A stretch of 27,523 bases of DNA from a virus. Its lineage: Duplodnaviria; Heunggongvirae; Uroviricota; Caudoviricetes. Position 1 is the first letter of the stretch. Every line of letters begins with the position of its first letter. Under the pieces are notes generated by a model. The model saw nothing but the letters and a program-made list of their open reading frames with translations, was not told where the DNA came from and searched no databases. The stretch lies in the IMG/VR virus record IMGVR_UViG_3300029842_000004, one strand, 5' to 3'. The position numbers were made by a program, and so were the translations under genes. Below, piece after piece: positions 7,252-18,150 of the stretch.

Positions 7252-8001
7252 TTACTTTAGAGCCATAATTGGATTACCCCATCTTTTTTTCCACTCCTTG
7301 CCTAAATAAGATATAAGATCATTGTAGTTTGTTATAAATCCTCCGTCTATTATCGAACTTATGGCTATTTCCAATTCCGTTATATCATTAAGTTGTTCTT
7401 CCGTTGCCATATTTCTTATTCCATCCTCATGTTTATTGAATACAATAAAATTAATAGCCTTTGCTATCCTTTTTATCTTATCAGATAATTCATTTTTGTT
7501 TTTTACAAGTGATCCTACAGATTTACATGTTCTTATATAAGCATCACCTGCCATATTTCTATTCTTGATAAGGCCATCAGTAAGCCATATAACCACACTC
7601 GCATATATATCTGGATCTAATTCCAATGCAACCATTACAAAGAAATAAGGATCCACAAACCATTTCTGATCTTTTCCTTTTCCTTTTCTGTAAGCCATAT
7701 GATATTTTTTAAGATCAGTCAACTTGCTAATACACAGATCGTTTTTTTGTACTGCGATTTTTACCGCAGTACATATATTGTTTATATTCAGTCTCTTAAC
7801 TAAAGCATACATTTTCTCTTGAAATCCTTTTGTACTCATTAAATCATCTAATCTTTTTGGAGCCAAACCCTGTTTTTCCCTCTTTTCAGTCAAAGCTTCC
7901 ATTACCTCTGTTATACACACAAAACCGTCTTTTGACATAACAGAGATGTTCCTACCCAACAACTCTCTGCTTTCTGATTGCAATAACACGTTACTTTTCA
8001 T
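7252..8001 (-). CDS. KilA-N domain DNA-binding protein (paralog 1)
   Basis: ISVMSKDGFVCIT...GKGKDQKWFVDPYFFVMVALELDP, followed by a C-terminal RNMAGDAY..AKAINFIVFNKHEDGIRN region. Confidence 0.75.
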   Translation of the reverse strand: MKSNVLLQSESRELLGRNISVMSKDGFVCITEVMEALTEKREKQGLAPKRLDDLMSTKGFQEKMYALVKRLNINNICTAVKIAVQKNDLCISKLTDLKKYHMAYRKGKGKDQKWFVDPYFFVMVALELDPDIYASVVIWLTDGLIKNRNMAGDAYIRTCKSVGSLVKNKNELSDKIKRIAKAINFIVFNKHEDGIRNMATEEQLNDITELEIAISSIIDGGFITNYNDLISYLGKEWKKRWGNPIMALK

Positions 8002-8031
8002 AATTTTACATCGTTTTATTGTTAATAAATA

Positions 8032-8075
8032 AGCGCCTACCTGTCCGCGATGGATCGATAGGCGCTACAAATATA
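8032..8075 (-). promoter_or_regulatory. -7 promoter element plus conserved leader hairpin of KilA-N paralog 1
   Basis: TATATTTG (8075-8068) followed by AGCGCCTATC-GA-TCC-ATCGC-GGA-CA-GGTAGGCGCT. Confidence 0.65.
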
Positions 8076-8137
8076 TTCAACTATTATTAAATCACAAAAT
8101 AAAAACTACTTATTTTCAACTTATTAAATATTGTAAT

Positions 8138-11100
8138 TTATCTATTCTTAATCTTATCCTCAGAAATCAACCACTGGAATATAATCTTTCGGTTGCTAAT
8201 TACTTTCTTTATCCTCATCAGCATCCAACTTCCTCTTAACCTATCCAGCCATGACCGTCTGAAATTAAGAGAATCAGGATTAACTGACTTATTTATATCG
8301 TTATCGTCCTTGATCCAAATAGGGGTCTCTGACCGGTCGTCGTCAACCCTGTTGAAGAAGTCATTTAACTTATGTCTTCTATATACCTCAGTATCCAGGA
8401 CCTCAGTATAGTCGCCTACGATCTTCGGATACGATATACGTTGCGCTAAATTATTCTTTTCTTCTGGAACAAGATGAATTTCGCCTGAGTTGTTTGTGTC
8501 GTTGTAGATAGTTATCGTATCTAAACCTACTTTCCTGTCAAGAGTGTAATTCACATCATCGACGTATTTCCTTGCATCAAGCTCGTATTCTACAGAAGCC
8601 AGCGTAGAGCCATTATATTTCTCTTTTATCGGCACTTCTAATATAAATGGATATGTTGCTCCATAGAATGTCTGGAAGCTCTTATTCGTCAGCAAATGAC
8701 TCCATAAGCCGCCTTCTTCGTCTGATGCTGGGAAGTTTATTCCTGTCTGGAAATATTGTTGCTGTTCTATATAATAGTCAGGACAGAACGAATAATAAGA
8801 AATCCATTCTTGCTTCAGACACGAATATCCGATAGTGAACGACACGTCTTTAAAATACTGTTCGTCTTTTAAAGATATTTCCTTATCGTTTGACAGCACC
8901 TCTGTTTCATTGTATAAGAACCTTCCACCATCATATTTGTAATATGCCGGGTTCTTAACAGGTATATAATCTTTTTTCGTGATAAGTACCCTCTTATACC
9001 TGTTATCCCATCCAAGAGACAGACCAAGACCGATAAATTTATTGTCTGTATCTTCTTCTGTCATCTCTGTACCGGTTAAGATGTTAGTTATTCCGTATCT
9101 AAGAATCTTAAACGGAAGATGACGTTTAAGCCAATGTCTGATACCTACACTAAGTTCCTTGAGATTACGTCCGTTCGGATCGGTCATAAACACTTGTGCT
9201 CTTTTAGTATCTACCCAGAAGTGACCAAATTCTGAACTAATTATTTCAGTGCTCTGGGTTCCAGAATAACCGAGGTCGGTCGTGTTGTACTCCAGAGGCC
9301 TGGACGCGAACAGACCGCCTGTGCCCATCTCAGCCTGCCCCGGGGAGGTGCGCTCCTTGATTACGTCTATGGCGTTATGGAGTGAAACCTGATCCTCGAA
9401 CCTGACAAGGATCTGATCGGATTCAATACGCTTCATGTGAATAAGCTTCCCGTTGCTGGTTGGGAACTCATGATAGTCCATAGGCTTGTACGTCAGCCAC
9501 GGATCTGTTTGACTGTTTTCAGATACATCAGCCCTACTCCATATAACACCATTAGGTCGCTGGTAAGCACAATCATAAAAACGACGTTCGTATGTCGCCG
9601 GCAATACATTAGGCGTCAATGTCATTCTTGATGAATAGATAGGACTTATCTTGTAATCATTGTCCCTATGGATAGATACGTTCTTTTCTTGTGTCCACCA
9701 AGCAAAATCACCATGAGCCGGATAAAACCATTCATGGGGCTCTACTCCTTCTAATCGGAAATTGCAGTTTATTTCCGATTCTACGAGGAATTGAGGAATA
9801 CCATAAGACCACAGATAGAATCTACCATCCACGTATTTCTTAGCCTCGTTCTCACCATTTAAATTATACAAACTTTTTCTGTTTGGATAAAAAGAATACG
9901 TTCCTTTGCTTGATGATGTCCAGCTATTAAAACGTTCGTTGTCAGTATGCTCAAGCATATCTTCTCCAGTATCGTAATTAACGAAATACTTGGGAAATCC
10001 GACATTTCGGTAATCATTGTAAGCAAATGGTATCATATCCCCTATACCAAAAGCAGTATTATAAAAAAATGGGAATTTCCGTTTCATAGAAAACCTCGAT
10101 ATGTAGGTGTCACCTCCAAACAGCGGTTGTTTCCCTCCTTGGAAGAATCCACATCCTCCGACTGATATCCATTTGATGTCTTCTATAGCTCCATACTGAT
10201 CGGGCCTGTACCGCATAAGCTTCATATATGGAGAACAGATATAAGACAACATCTTCGTTCTTTCAAAAGATTCTTTAGATCCAGCATCAGAAGCCATGAT
10301 AACAGGGTCATGGATACGACTTGTATCATATACCTGGGCCTGCATAGGATACGATACAAGATACTTTGAATTTAAGATGCTTGTATCAGGATCCTTTTCT
10401 CCCGGATCTCCAAAAGACAAGAACATGGAGGATTCTCTATCTATGTTATTTATAAACAAGAAATCTTTTGAAGCGTTTTGGTTATCATCACCCACATCTT
10501 CTCCAGTAACCCAAGATGATGTCGTAGACGGGTCGGATATGGGGTACATACCTGATTTAAGACTCTTGGTGTTAGCCAATCCCCTTAATCTGTTTTGTTC
10601 GTATGGAGCCGTATCATCGAAGCCCATCATGCTATTATAGTAACCTACAGACGTGTAGTAAAAAGCATGGTTTCTTCTTGGGCCATTGTTTATGAATGTC
10701 GTGAGCCAATCATATCTGTACTTACCATACAATACCGGTCTTTTAGCAAGCGTATCAGATATGGTGGCAATCATTGAAGCGAATATCATTGCCATATTGA
10801 TATTACCTATCACACCTACATACGCAGACGTAGAACGGTTCATAAGCTCTTCCGCTATCTGATAAGCTATGGTGGCCGTAGATTCGATGTTAGCCAACGT
10901 AGCCGCCATCTTATATGATTGTTTCCCTAAGATAGTCCATTTGGGATGATCTTCAACCTCATCAAAGTTTCCTACAGACATTCCCCTTATAAAACCTTCT
11001 ATAGCCACCTCCGTAGGGGTTTCAGGCTTATTGAAATAAATATCAGGAGAACTAAATGCATACCACACGTTTCCTCTTCTGAAAAATGGGTGGGTTATAA

Positions 11101-14100
11101 ACGATACCCTTTTTTCAGTTGCGTAATTAAAAGAGTCATCCGATAAATCATTATACGGATAATTAGGATACAGATTAAGATTCGAGTTTTGACCGGAATA
11201 CCTGTACATGTCGTAAGCTATTCCGGTGGCTATAACAGAGCGATTAAGGCGTCTGTCACCTCTATATATCTCATAGCCTGTAACCATATCTCGCTGCTCT
11301 TTGGTTATCAATCCGGAATCTACAGCAAAATCAAGGAAGACGTTAATCATATCCTCGTCTACTAATATTCCTATAGGATAAATATCGGAAGGAACATCAT
11401 AAGACCTAACATCCCGGTTCATGAAAAGCATATGATCGTTGTCAGGGAACTTATAATGCCGAATAGGTTGTTGGCAAAAGATGGTACTGGTATCTACCGT
11501 ACCATATTTATGACCTTTAAAAGACATCATTCCCTTGTCATCCGTAGAGGGGGAACCGTAGTATTCAGTAAGCTTGGATACGATATTGTCGTATGCTTTC
11601 TTGGAATTGCCTTCATAACCATGATCACTTATCTTAACCTTACTACTGTCGTACAGTTCAAAATTAGCAGGATACTTCTCAGACGATTCCCAGTAAGCGA
11701 AATCACCGTACTTGTATTTCCTTGGAGCGCAGTTTATGGGGCGATCCCCGCATATCGTACACTGGCTGGCGTATTCTACTGTGGCCCTTAACGATATTTC
11801 TTTTGCCCGTACATTTATCCGGTCTATTTCCTTTTCTCTGATACCAAAAATATAGGGGTATATAGTTTTACCAAGGACGTAAGATGTGCCTACCAAACCT
11901 CTTGACGGATTCTTACTGTTCTCCTCTTCTCCATCGTCTTTAACCCTACAGAAATCAATCTGTCGGACGGTAAAAATCCAAGGGCATGATACTATAGGGC
12001 AGTCTATGGCTACATACAATCCATCAGGGTACTTATCGAAGAAAGATTCGCCTATGTGCCCAAAGTAAGGACGGGATGCTCCAACAATAACATAATTATC
12101 ACCTTCATCCATAATCTTCTCCCAATCAAAGTTGAGATCATCCTTATCTATCTTCCTATTGCTTCCTTTGTATCTTGGATCTAATGATTTCCAAAAAGAA
12201 AGACGGACATATTGTGTGGACACAGCATCCATAAGACCATCTATTTTACCCAAAGATTCCAGATAAAGAACTTTGTCCTTGGCCGGGAAATCAGGATCAT
12301 CCCATTCTTTAGGTCTTGCAATATGAAGGAAACGGGCGTTACGAAGCACGCATTTCGTAAACCTCCATACCAACAACTCTGACGTAAACATCGTAGAACC
12401 TTTAACATCTTCAGGAATAAGAGCGCCTACGTTATTGTCAGCTAAATTAGCATAAGAATCCCAGGTCCATCCATCTCCGTAATCTCCTTCTGGAACGTAA
12501 CCGGTATCAAGGAAATTATATGAATAATCATCTATCTTCTTCTCTATCTCAGGCCAGGTGTCCCTTATCAAGGCTCCAGGCGCTATCCTTGACCTGTAGG
12601 CGTCATTGTGGATAGTGCTCGAAGAACGTCCGGCACGCCAATCTGGAAGACAGTGATTGCTGTCCGGGAAGCAGACCTCACTTTCTCCTTCATCATCATT
12701 CCACACATCATTCATAAGAAGATATGCTCCAAGAAGTGTAGAAGATGACTGGAATGAGTTATAATCGCTTCTGGCAACAGTAGGATTAAGACAAGGCTCT
12801 TCTATAAAACATCCGCAAGTACACGGCATAGAATCCAGAACATAAATAGCTTCGGCTATAGACTGTAATATAACAGACGGTTGTAACAGAGAATCATATA
12901 CAGCACACGCCTTGGTTCCGTCATCACCCGACCAGTATCCAGCCCAATGACCGCCATCTTCGTCATCGGCAAAGAAATACTTGTCCATGAACTCTATCAT
13001 TTGCTCCTGTAGTTCCCAGTTAAATAACACAGAATACTTATCCTGCTTTTCACCGCCGGTAGTATATAGGTAGTCGGTGGATACGTGCTCCATATCCTCG
13101 AGCTCCTTATACGTATATTCTTCACGGAAACCCACAATACGATCTACCGGAGCTGTAATAAGCGAATACTGGCGATGCGCATCAGTACACTCGGCTCCAA
13201 ACTCAGGAGCCTCGATACCATCTATAACTTCTTTTTGTTCCTCCGTATTAGGATCGTCAGGGTCTCCGTAGCTGTTGAATATATCGCATATTTCGTTGGC
13301 AGCAGCATTATTAGGTTCTTCTGTAGCGGTATTACATGCGATGTCTTTTATATTAGATGAAAAATAATTAATCACCTCATCTATTATAATCTGACTTCTG
13401 AATGTAAAACTAACGTTCGTATAAGTTTTAAAATCATTTTGTAATGTTATAGTTTGACCGATAGTAGCCGGATTCTTACATTCTTCTTGTCCGGTTTCTT
13501 CATCATCAAAATCCTTCGGATCTCCTGCCGTATTATAATACTGCCACTTGAATTTACGCTCTTGCCCTGAGCAAGGAGGAGCATATTGGTTTATGGACTT
13601 ATATACTCTATCAGTATCCTTATTTTCTATTTCTGCCGCAGCATCTTTATAAGGGGGAGGTATTAACACAAATGCCGGAGTTTTATAACCGTTGGAGCAC
13701 TTAAAAGAAATAGCAAACGGATACACTTCATTTCTCATATACCCCACATACAATGAACAGGCATTACCATCCTTATACAGATCTTCGTGGGCTACCGATG
13801 CCTGCCATTGAAGGAAGTGTCCCATGAGGGAAACTACAGGCTGTAAATTCCATTCTTTTTCCGCCGTAAGACCATATTGAAGAAGACGATTCCCGACAGC
13901 CACAATCCCCCTTGATGTGTTATACACAGGTTTTTTCAAGGATATGTGTTCGAATGTAGTACGTTTGTTATTAAGATCCGAATAATACAATATAGTCTTT
14001 TCTGATACAGGATGGATACCTTCTACAAAGTAATCAACAACCGGTTGAGTTTCTCCGTTGTATCCTACTGTATTTTGAATGATAACAACCTTAAAATATT

Positions 14101-15001
14101 CAACTTGACGATCTATGTTAGATACGACGAATCTAATACCTAAATTAGTACGTTCTCCCCATTTGCCATCTTTTTGAGTAATATACTGTTCATCGAATAT
14201 AGGTACAGGATTAGTAGGATTAGAATAACTTCCAAGCTCATTTCCAAACTCGTCACAAGGAGCCACAGTGGCCTGATAGACGCCTGAGCGCAGGCTGCCC
14301 CCGTACTCTATCTGAGCCGGCTCTATGCACATGGGTTTGAGTAGCGGAAACACCCTAAGTTTCTCACATGCCAGAAAACAACCATTCTCCTGCATGAACT
14401 TTTTCCTATCGTATTCTTTATCGCATATCTTATACCCATGATAATGATACCATATATCACCTTCATCATCAGGAGTCAGAGCCTTGTCTACAATAACATA
14501 CCTGGGAGGATTATAATCGTCAGTCCAGTAAATACATTTTCCACATTTCTCTGTCTTTATTTCTATGGTTTTTATAGGATGGTAGATAGAGAACTTAAGG
14601 CAAGGATCTTGCTCGTTGTCTTCCAGCAAGGTCTTCATGCCAGAACACAACGACTCCGATCCTTCTACCATAGATTCTATATCGGAATCGGATAAGATAC
14701 TTGTATCGGATTCAGGCTTGAAATAAGTTATTTTAGATACGCCTGTTTCAGGATTTGTTATAAAAAAATAGATATTGCCTGAAGTAAGATCATTCTTGTA
14801 ACCAATAACTTTAAACCCATCGAAATCAATGCATTTAAGATTACTGTGCTCATTAGATCTCATCCCAACATTACCGTCCTCGGATTCGATGTTGGCATTC
14901 AAGGCAAACGTATAATGCTGATCCGTAAGACTCGACGGATGCAGATCTCGGTTCATACCTGTTTGAGGTACCACTATGTTTCTGTTATCTTCTGATGCCA
15001 T
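8138..15001 (-). CDS. Large tail structural protein, probable crAss-like stabilization/muzzle protein (2287 aa)
   Basis: The N-terminus GMNRDLHPS..YTFALNA, plus IYWTDDYNPPR and late FGGDTYISRF and GHFWVD motifs, recalls crAss-like stabilization (P22 gp10-like) proteins. It lies in the tail module. Family call is from recall. Confidence 0.6.
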   Translation of the reverse strand: MASEDNRNIVVPQTGMNRDLHPSSLTDQHYTFALNANIESEDGNVGMRSNEHSNLKCIDFDGFKVIGYKNDLTSGNIYFFITNPETGVSKITYFKPESDTSILSDSDIESMVEGSESLCSGMKTLLEDNEQDPCLKFSIYHPIKTIEIKTEKCGKCIYWTDDYNPPRYVIVDKALTPDDEGDIWYHYHGYKICDKEYDRKKFMQENGCFLACEKLRVFPLLKPMCIEPAQIEYGGSLRSGVYQATVAPCDEFGNELGSYSNPTNPVPIFDEQYITQKDGKWGERTNLGIRFVVSNIDRQVEYFKVVIIQNTVGYNGETQPVVDYFVEGIHPVSEKTILYYSDLNNKRTTFEHISLKKPVYNTSRGIVAVGNRLLQYGLTAEKEWNLQPVVSLMGHFLQWQASVAHEDLYKDGNACSLYVGYMRNEVYPFAISFKCSNGYKTPAFVLIPPPYKDAAAEIENKDTDRVYKSINQYAPPCSGQERKFKWQYYNTAGDPKDFDDEETGQEECKNPATIGQTITLQNDFKTYTNVSFTFRSQIIIDEVINYFSSNIKDIACNTATEEPNNAAANEICDIFNSYGDPDDPNTEEQKEVIDGIEAPEFGAECTDAHRQYSLITAPVDRIVGFREEYTYKELEDMEHVSTDYLYTTGGEKQDKYSVLFNWELQEQMIEFMDKYFFADDEDGGHWAGYWSGDDGTKACAVYDSLLQPSVILQSIAEAIYVLDSMPCTCGCFIEEPCLNPTVARSDYNSFQSSSTLLGAYLLMNDVWNDDEGESEVCFPDSNHCLPDWRAGRSSSTIHNDAYRSRIAPGALIRDTWPEIEKKIDDYSYNFLDTGYVPEGDYGDGWTWDSYANLADNNVGALIPEDVKGSTMFTSELLVWRFTKCVLRNARFLHIARPKEWDDPDFPAKDKVLYLESLGKIDGLMDAVSTQYVRLSFWKSLDPRYKGSNRKIDKDDLNFDWEKIMDEGDNYVIVGASRPYFGHIGESFFDKYPDGLYVAIDCPIVSCPWIFTVRQIDFCRVKDDGEEENSKNPSRGLVGTSYVLGKTIYPYIFGIREKEIDRINVRAKEISLRATVEYASQCTICGDRPINCAPRKYKYGDFAYWESSEKYPANFELYDSSKVKISDHGYEGNSKKAYDNIVSKLTEYYGSPSTDDKGMMSFKGHKYGTVDTSTIFCQQPIRHYKFPDNDHMLFMNRDVRSYDVPSDIYPIGILVDEDMINVFLDFAVDSGLITKEQRDMVTGYEIYRGDRRLNRSVIATGIAYDMYRYSGQNSNLNLYPNYPYNDLSDDSFNYATEKRVSFITHPFFRRGNVWYAFSSPDIYFNKPETPTEVAIEGFIRGMSVGNFDEVEDHPKWTILGKQSYKMAATLANIESTATIAYQIAEELMNRSTSAYVGVIGNINMAMIFASMIATISDTLAKRPVLYGKYRYDWLTTFINNGPRRNHAFYYTSVGYYNSMMGFDDTAPYEQNRLRGLANTKSLKSGMYPISDPSTTSSWVTGEDVGDDNQNASKDFLFINNIDRESSMFLSFGDPGEKDPDTSILNSKYLVSYPMQAQVYDTSRIHDPVIMASDAGSKESFERTKMLSYICSPYMKLMRYRPDQYGAIEDIKWISVGGCGFFQGGKQPLFGGDTYISRFSMKRKFPFFYNTAFGIGDMIPFAYNDYRNVGFPKYFVNYDTGEDMLEHTDNERFNSWTSSSKGTYSFYPNRKSLYNLNGENEAKKYVDGRFYLWSYGIPQFLVESEINCNFRLEGVEPHEWFYPAHGDFAWWTQEKNVSIHRDNDYKISPIYSSRMTLTPNVLPATYERRFYDCAYQRPNGVIWSRADVSENSQTDPWLTYKPMDYHEFPTSNGKLIHMKRIESDQILVRFEDQVSLHNAIDVIKERTSPGQAEMGTGGLFASRPLEYNTTDLGYSGTQSTEIISSEFGHFWVDTKRAQVFMTDPNGRNLKELSVGIRHWLKRHLPFKILRYGITNILTGTEMTEEDTDNKFIGLGLSLGWDNRYKRVLITKKDYIPVKNPAYYKYDGGRFLYNETEVLSNDKEISLKDEQYFKDVSFTIGYSCLKQEWISYYSFCPDYYIEQQQYFQTGINFPASDEEGGLWSHLLTNKSFQTFYGATYPFILEVPIKEKYNGSTLASVEYELDARKYVDDVNYTLDRKVGLDTITIYNDTNNSGEIHLVPEEKNNLAQRISYPKIVGDYTEVLDTEVYRRHKLNDFFNRVDDDRSETPIWIKDDNDINKSVNPDSLNFRRSWLDRLRGSWMLMRIKKVISNRKIIFQWLISEDKIKNR

Positions 15002-15019
15002 CTTTGTAACTGTTTGTCA

Positions 15020-15027
15020 CAAAGATA
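15020..15027 (-). promoter_or_regulatory. Bacteroidota -7 element (TATCTTTG)
   Basis: TAnnTTTG match 18 nt upstream of the ATG at 15001. Confidence 0.55.
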
Positions 15028-15089
15028 ACAAAAGAGATTTAATCATGGGCTTTCAAAGTGAGCGTAAAATGGCAGATAATCACCTTGTC

Positions 15090-15843
15090 TTATTTATATT
15101 TCATGTAACGAAGTATTATGATACCGGAACCGCCTGCGCCCGAATAGCATCCTCCTGAGACATTGGAACCACTTATATAAAAAGAACCTCCTCCTGAGCC
15201 CGTATTGGGTTCTCCATTAGTAGGTCTTCTCGAAATATCTCCGACATAACCGATACCACCGCCACCTGGTGCTGATCCGGAACTATATTCTCCACCACCT
15301 CCACCACCTCCGGCGTACAATTTATTATTGAACGGGCATCTGGTGGTGCTCCCTTGACCGATTCCAGACATATCACCTGCTCCATTAGAACCATCACTTC
15401 CACCAATATATCCTGCCGTCTTTTCTTCAGGTCTTCCACTACCACCACCTGATCCCCCATCGCCCCCTCTTCCGGAATATCGACCTCCATTTCCGCCAAG
15501 AGCTTTTATTGAATTAGATTTAAACCAGGACTCTGACCCTGGAAGACCATTCTTCTGATCATCGTAAGCAGACATCGAAACTACACGATCTCCCCCTTTC
15601 CCTATTGAATAGCTAACAACACTTTCTGGAGTAACAGGCACATCAAGATATGTTTTAACATACCCCGATCCGCCCCCCTCCACCACCTCTTTCAGGGCCT
15701 GACGATGCACCAGAGCCACCGCCACCAACAATGAATACATCAACAAATTTACAACCAGCTGGCACCATCCATGTACCGGATGATTTTAACTCTTCCACAA
15801 CTTCTACCAATTCTCTCTTTCCCATCATCACCCTTCTCCTCAT
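15090..15843 (-). pseudogene. Glycine-rich phage tail-associated protein split by a frameshift in a G6 run
   Basis: ORF 15655-15843 (SGTWMVPAGCKFVDVFIVGGGGSG...GGGG) joins in frame with 15090-15746 (GSGYVKTYLDVPVTP..IGKGG...GAGGSGIIILRY) if one G is removed from 15673-15678. Confidence 0.75.
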
Positions 15844-16304
15844 CTTCCACCTCCTTTTATGTAATATTTCAAGAAACTAAACCCTTCAGACTCCTCTCTA
15901 AAAGCATCATGCCGATTCCAATACTTTTCTAAGTTATATGCTTCTCTTTCAAATACGATATTATGATACGCCTTGTCATGATCGCGATATATGCACAGCC
16001 TAATCAGGTACTCAATTAAATACCATGAATAGTATAAAAATATCGGAATAAGAGACAGCCACAACATCCACCATCCTGCATTACCGAATAATAAACACAA
16101 TCCTATTGTAAGCAAAGACACGAACATACCAAAATAAAATAACGTATGATACTGATTACAATGCGCCTCCTCATGATATTCGGTTCTCAATGATACAGCA
16201 TCGCTTTCGGTAAATACGGCTCCAAATAACATAATTGTTTTGTAGCCGTCAATGAACGTAAATAACTTAGCTATTTTTGATTTATAATATATTTTCATTG
16301 CCAA
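15840..16304 (-). CDS. Membrane protein with HExxH motif
   Basis: HEEAH followed by two hydrophobic segments and AYHNIVFEREAY. Overlaps both neighbours. Confidence 0.7.
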   Translation of the reverse strand: MAMKIYYKSKIAKLFTFIDGYKTIMLFGAVFTESDAVSLRTEYHEEAHCNQYHTLFYFGMFVSLLTIGLCLLFGNAGWWMLWLSLIPIFLYYSWYLIEYLIRLCIYRDHDKAYHNIVFEREAYNLEKYWNRHDAFREESEGFSFLKYYIKGGGR

Positions 16305-17412
16305 AAAATATTTTATACCAATTACACAAAGTTAAAAACTCTATAGGAGAATTAACTCCATCCCATTCCCATTCATTAAGGTAGGACTCTAAGCTACTTC
16401 CATCAACACCTTCACATCCATGAAGAAAAACCAGATGAGGCATGAATAATTCTCCTCCTTCCAAAGATTTGTTAAACTTACTAACCAACCTCTTTCTAAA
16501 CTTAGGACCGTACCATGATTTTTCATTTGTGGATCCAAGACAATAATAAGAATTATTCTTAACCTTAATACCAAACCATTTACATATGTATGGATGATAT
16601 ACCCTGTCTGCTAAGAATATAAATGGTTTATACCATAGGCAATGCCAGAATGTACTACACTCGCCTCTAAACTTCTTAAAAGCCCATCTAAAACCTCCAG
16701 AAAAATACCAGTTATTAGCTCCTCTCTTAACCTTAACTTTGTATTTAAGATTCTTGTTACGGTTGCTAACCCTATCCCACGGCTTGACCTTATCGGTATC
16801 CATATCAGGAAGGAATGTCCAATGATGAAGCAAGGCACTGTAATAAGGATTGTATATCTTGTGTCTGTTTCTAATAACATACTCAAAAATATCGTATCCT
16901 GCTTGCCTGGCTTCTTCAAATCCTTTTTCTGACAAGAAAGCTAATATAGGAGCCAGATTCCAGATCTGATCTTGTGAAGTGAATGGGGAGAAGCATGGAT
17001 CTTCGTCTTTCAACTCTATACCATTAGTGTACCCGGAACTTATCTTGGTAAGACCGAATTTGCTTGCATCTTTGCTATGGATATCGTCTCTTAAAAAAAA
17101 TCCTTTTTCGAATTTGAAATAAATACCTTTATTGCTATTAAAAAATAGATCATAAGTAGTATCGGCAAGACGAGTAAGCACCAGTATGGCATTACGAACA
17201 TCATCTTCTGTCTTGTTACCAAGAACCATTTCCGTGTATAGGAACTGGAGATACTGAGCCAGGTTAATGGTTCCGTCGCCGACCCAGCCTACCCCGTTCT
17301 TCACCGACGACAGTGGGATGCACGAGGCCTGCTCTGTGTAGCTGGAATCATAAACGAAATCCCTATAGAAGACTTCTTTTATCTTATCGTATTTACTCCA
17401 CAGATCTTCCAT
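16282..17412 (-). CDS. Hypothetical protein (376 aa)
   Basis: Long ORF tightly packed in the minus-strand operon; no family recognised. Confidence 0.75.
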   Translation of the reverse strand: MEDLWSKYDKIKEVFYRDFVYDSSYTEQASCIPLSSVKNGVGWVGDGTINLAQYLQFLYTEMVLGNKTEDDVRNAILVLTRLADTTYDLFFNSNKGIYFKFEKGFFLRDDIHSKDASKFGLTKISSGYTNGIELKDEDPCFSPFTSQDQIWNLAPILAFLSEKGFEEARQAGYDIFEYVIRNRHKIYNPYYSALLHHWTFLPDMDTDKVKPWDRVSNRNKNLKYKVKVKRGANNWYFSGGFRWAFKKFRGECSTFWHCLWYKPFIFLADRVYHPYICKWFGIKVKNNSYYCLGSTNEKSWYGPKFRKRLVSKFNKSLEGGELFMPHLVFLHGCEGVDGSSLESYLNEWEWDGVNSPIEFLTLCNWYKIFFGNENIL

Positions 17413-17416
17413 GCCA

Positions 17417-18145
17417 TTACCCTATTACGATCACACAATCACGCTTTTCCTTATTATAAACCATCGTACCCATCTTAGTGTACAGACCTTTTATATTTTG
17501 GTAATTGGTTTCACCATTAGCCGAAACGTTGGTAGTGATACTGTCGGAGTAAACCTCCTCACCACCTTCGTTAATGAAGTTAAATCCTTGTTTAACCATC
17601 TCTCCTCCAAGGTAGGCTGTAAAAGACACAACGACATTTCCTCGCCCTCTATTCCCATACCAATTACCATAGATATCGGCATTAATATTAGGCTCAGACT
17701 CGTCCATGCCCGGCGCTGATAGCAAGGTCTTCATCTTAATAAGTGCCCCTTCAAGACCAGACTGCATGTTATCACCACCATAAATAAGGTAATCACCTAC
17801 CTGTTGTTGGGTAGTAGCCCACTGCTTACTCCATCCAACATATTTATTATCTACATCCGAGATGCCTGTATTGGTGAACCCAGTTGCAGTATCAAAATCA
17901 GAACCGTCTTCTGATTCCCATCCGTACCTAAGAACGAGATAATCGAACTCAGGAATTACAACGACCTGCTCGCCGGCAGCTTGTGTGATTGTAACACTCT
18001 TACTCTCTCCACCAGCCGTTACCTTAGCTACGCCTCTACGATCTTCAGCTACCGGATTAGGGCCGGCTGTGAAAATGATGTTTGCCGGTCCTACGCCTCT
18101 CATTTTGTCGGCAGTTACTATTTCGCTTGCACTAACTTCTAACAT
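17417..18145 (-). CDS. BACON-like domain structural protein
   Basis: N-terminal IIFTAGPNPVAEDRRGVAKVTAGGESKSVTITQAAG matches the BACON/Ig-like signature (N...R.G...V.ITQ). Start is placed at MLEVSA (18145), 5 nt after the upstream small ORF ends. Confidence 0.65.
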   Translation of the reverse strand: MLEVSASEIVTADKMRGVGPANIIFTAGPNPVAEDRRGVAKVTAGGESKSVTITQAAGEQVVVIPEFDYLVLRYGWESEDGSDFDTATGFTNTGISDVDNKYVGWSKQWATTQQQVGDYLIYGGDNMQSGLEGALIKMKTLLSAPGMDESEPNINADIYGNWYGNRGRGNVVVSFTAYLGGEMVKQGFNFINEGGEEVYSDSITTNVSANGETNYQNIKGLYTKMGTMVYNKEKRDCVIVIG

Positions 18146-18150
18146 TTTGT

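Noticed and set aside
15090..15746. Stand-alone 218-aa gene starting MLMYSLL with a signal-like N-terminus
   Set aside because: That N-terminus is an out-of-frame reading of the true 5' half of the Gly-rich gene, which starts near 15843.
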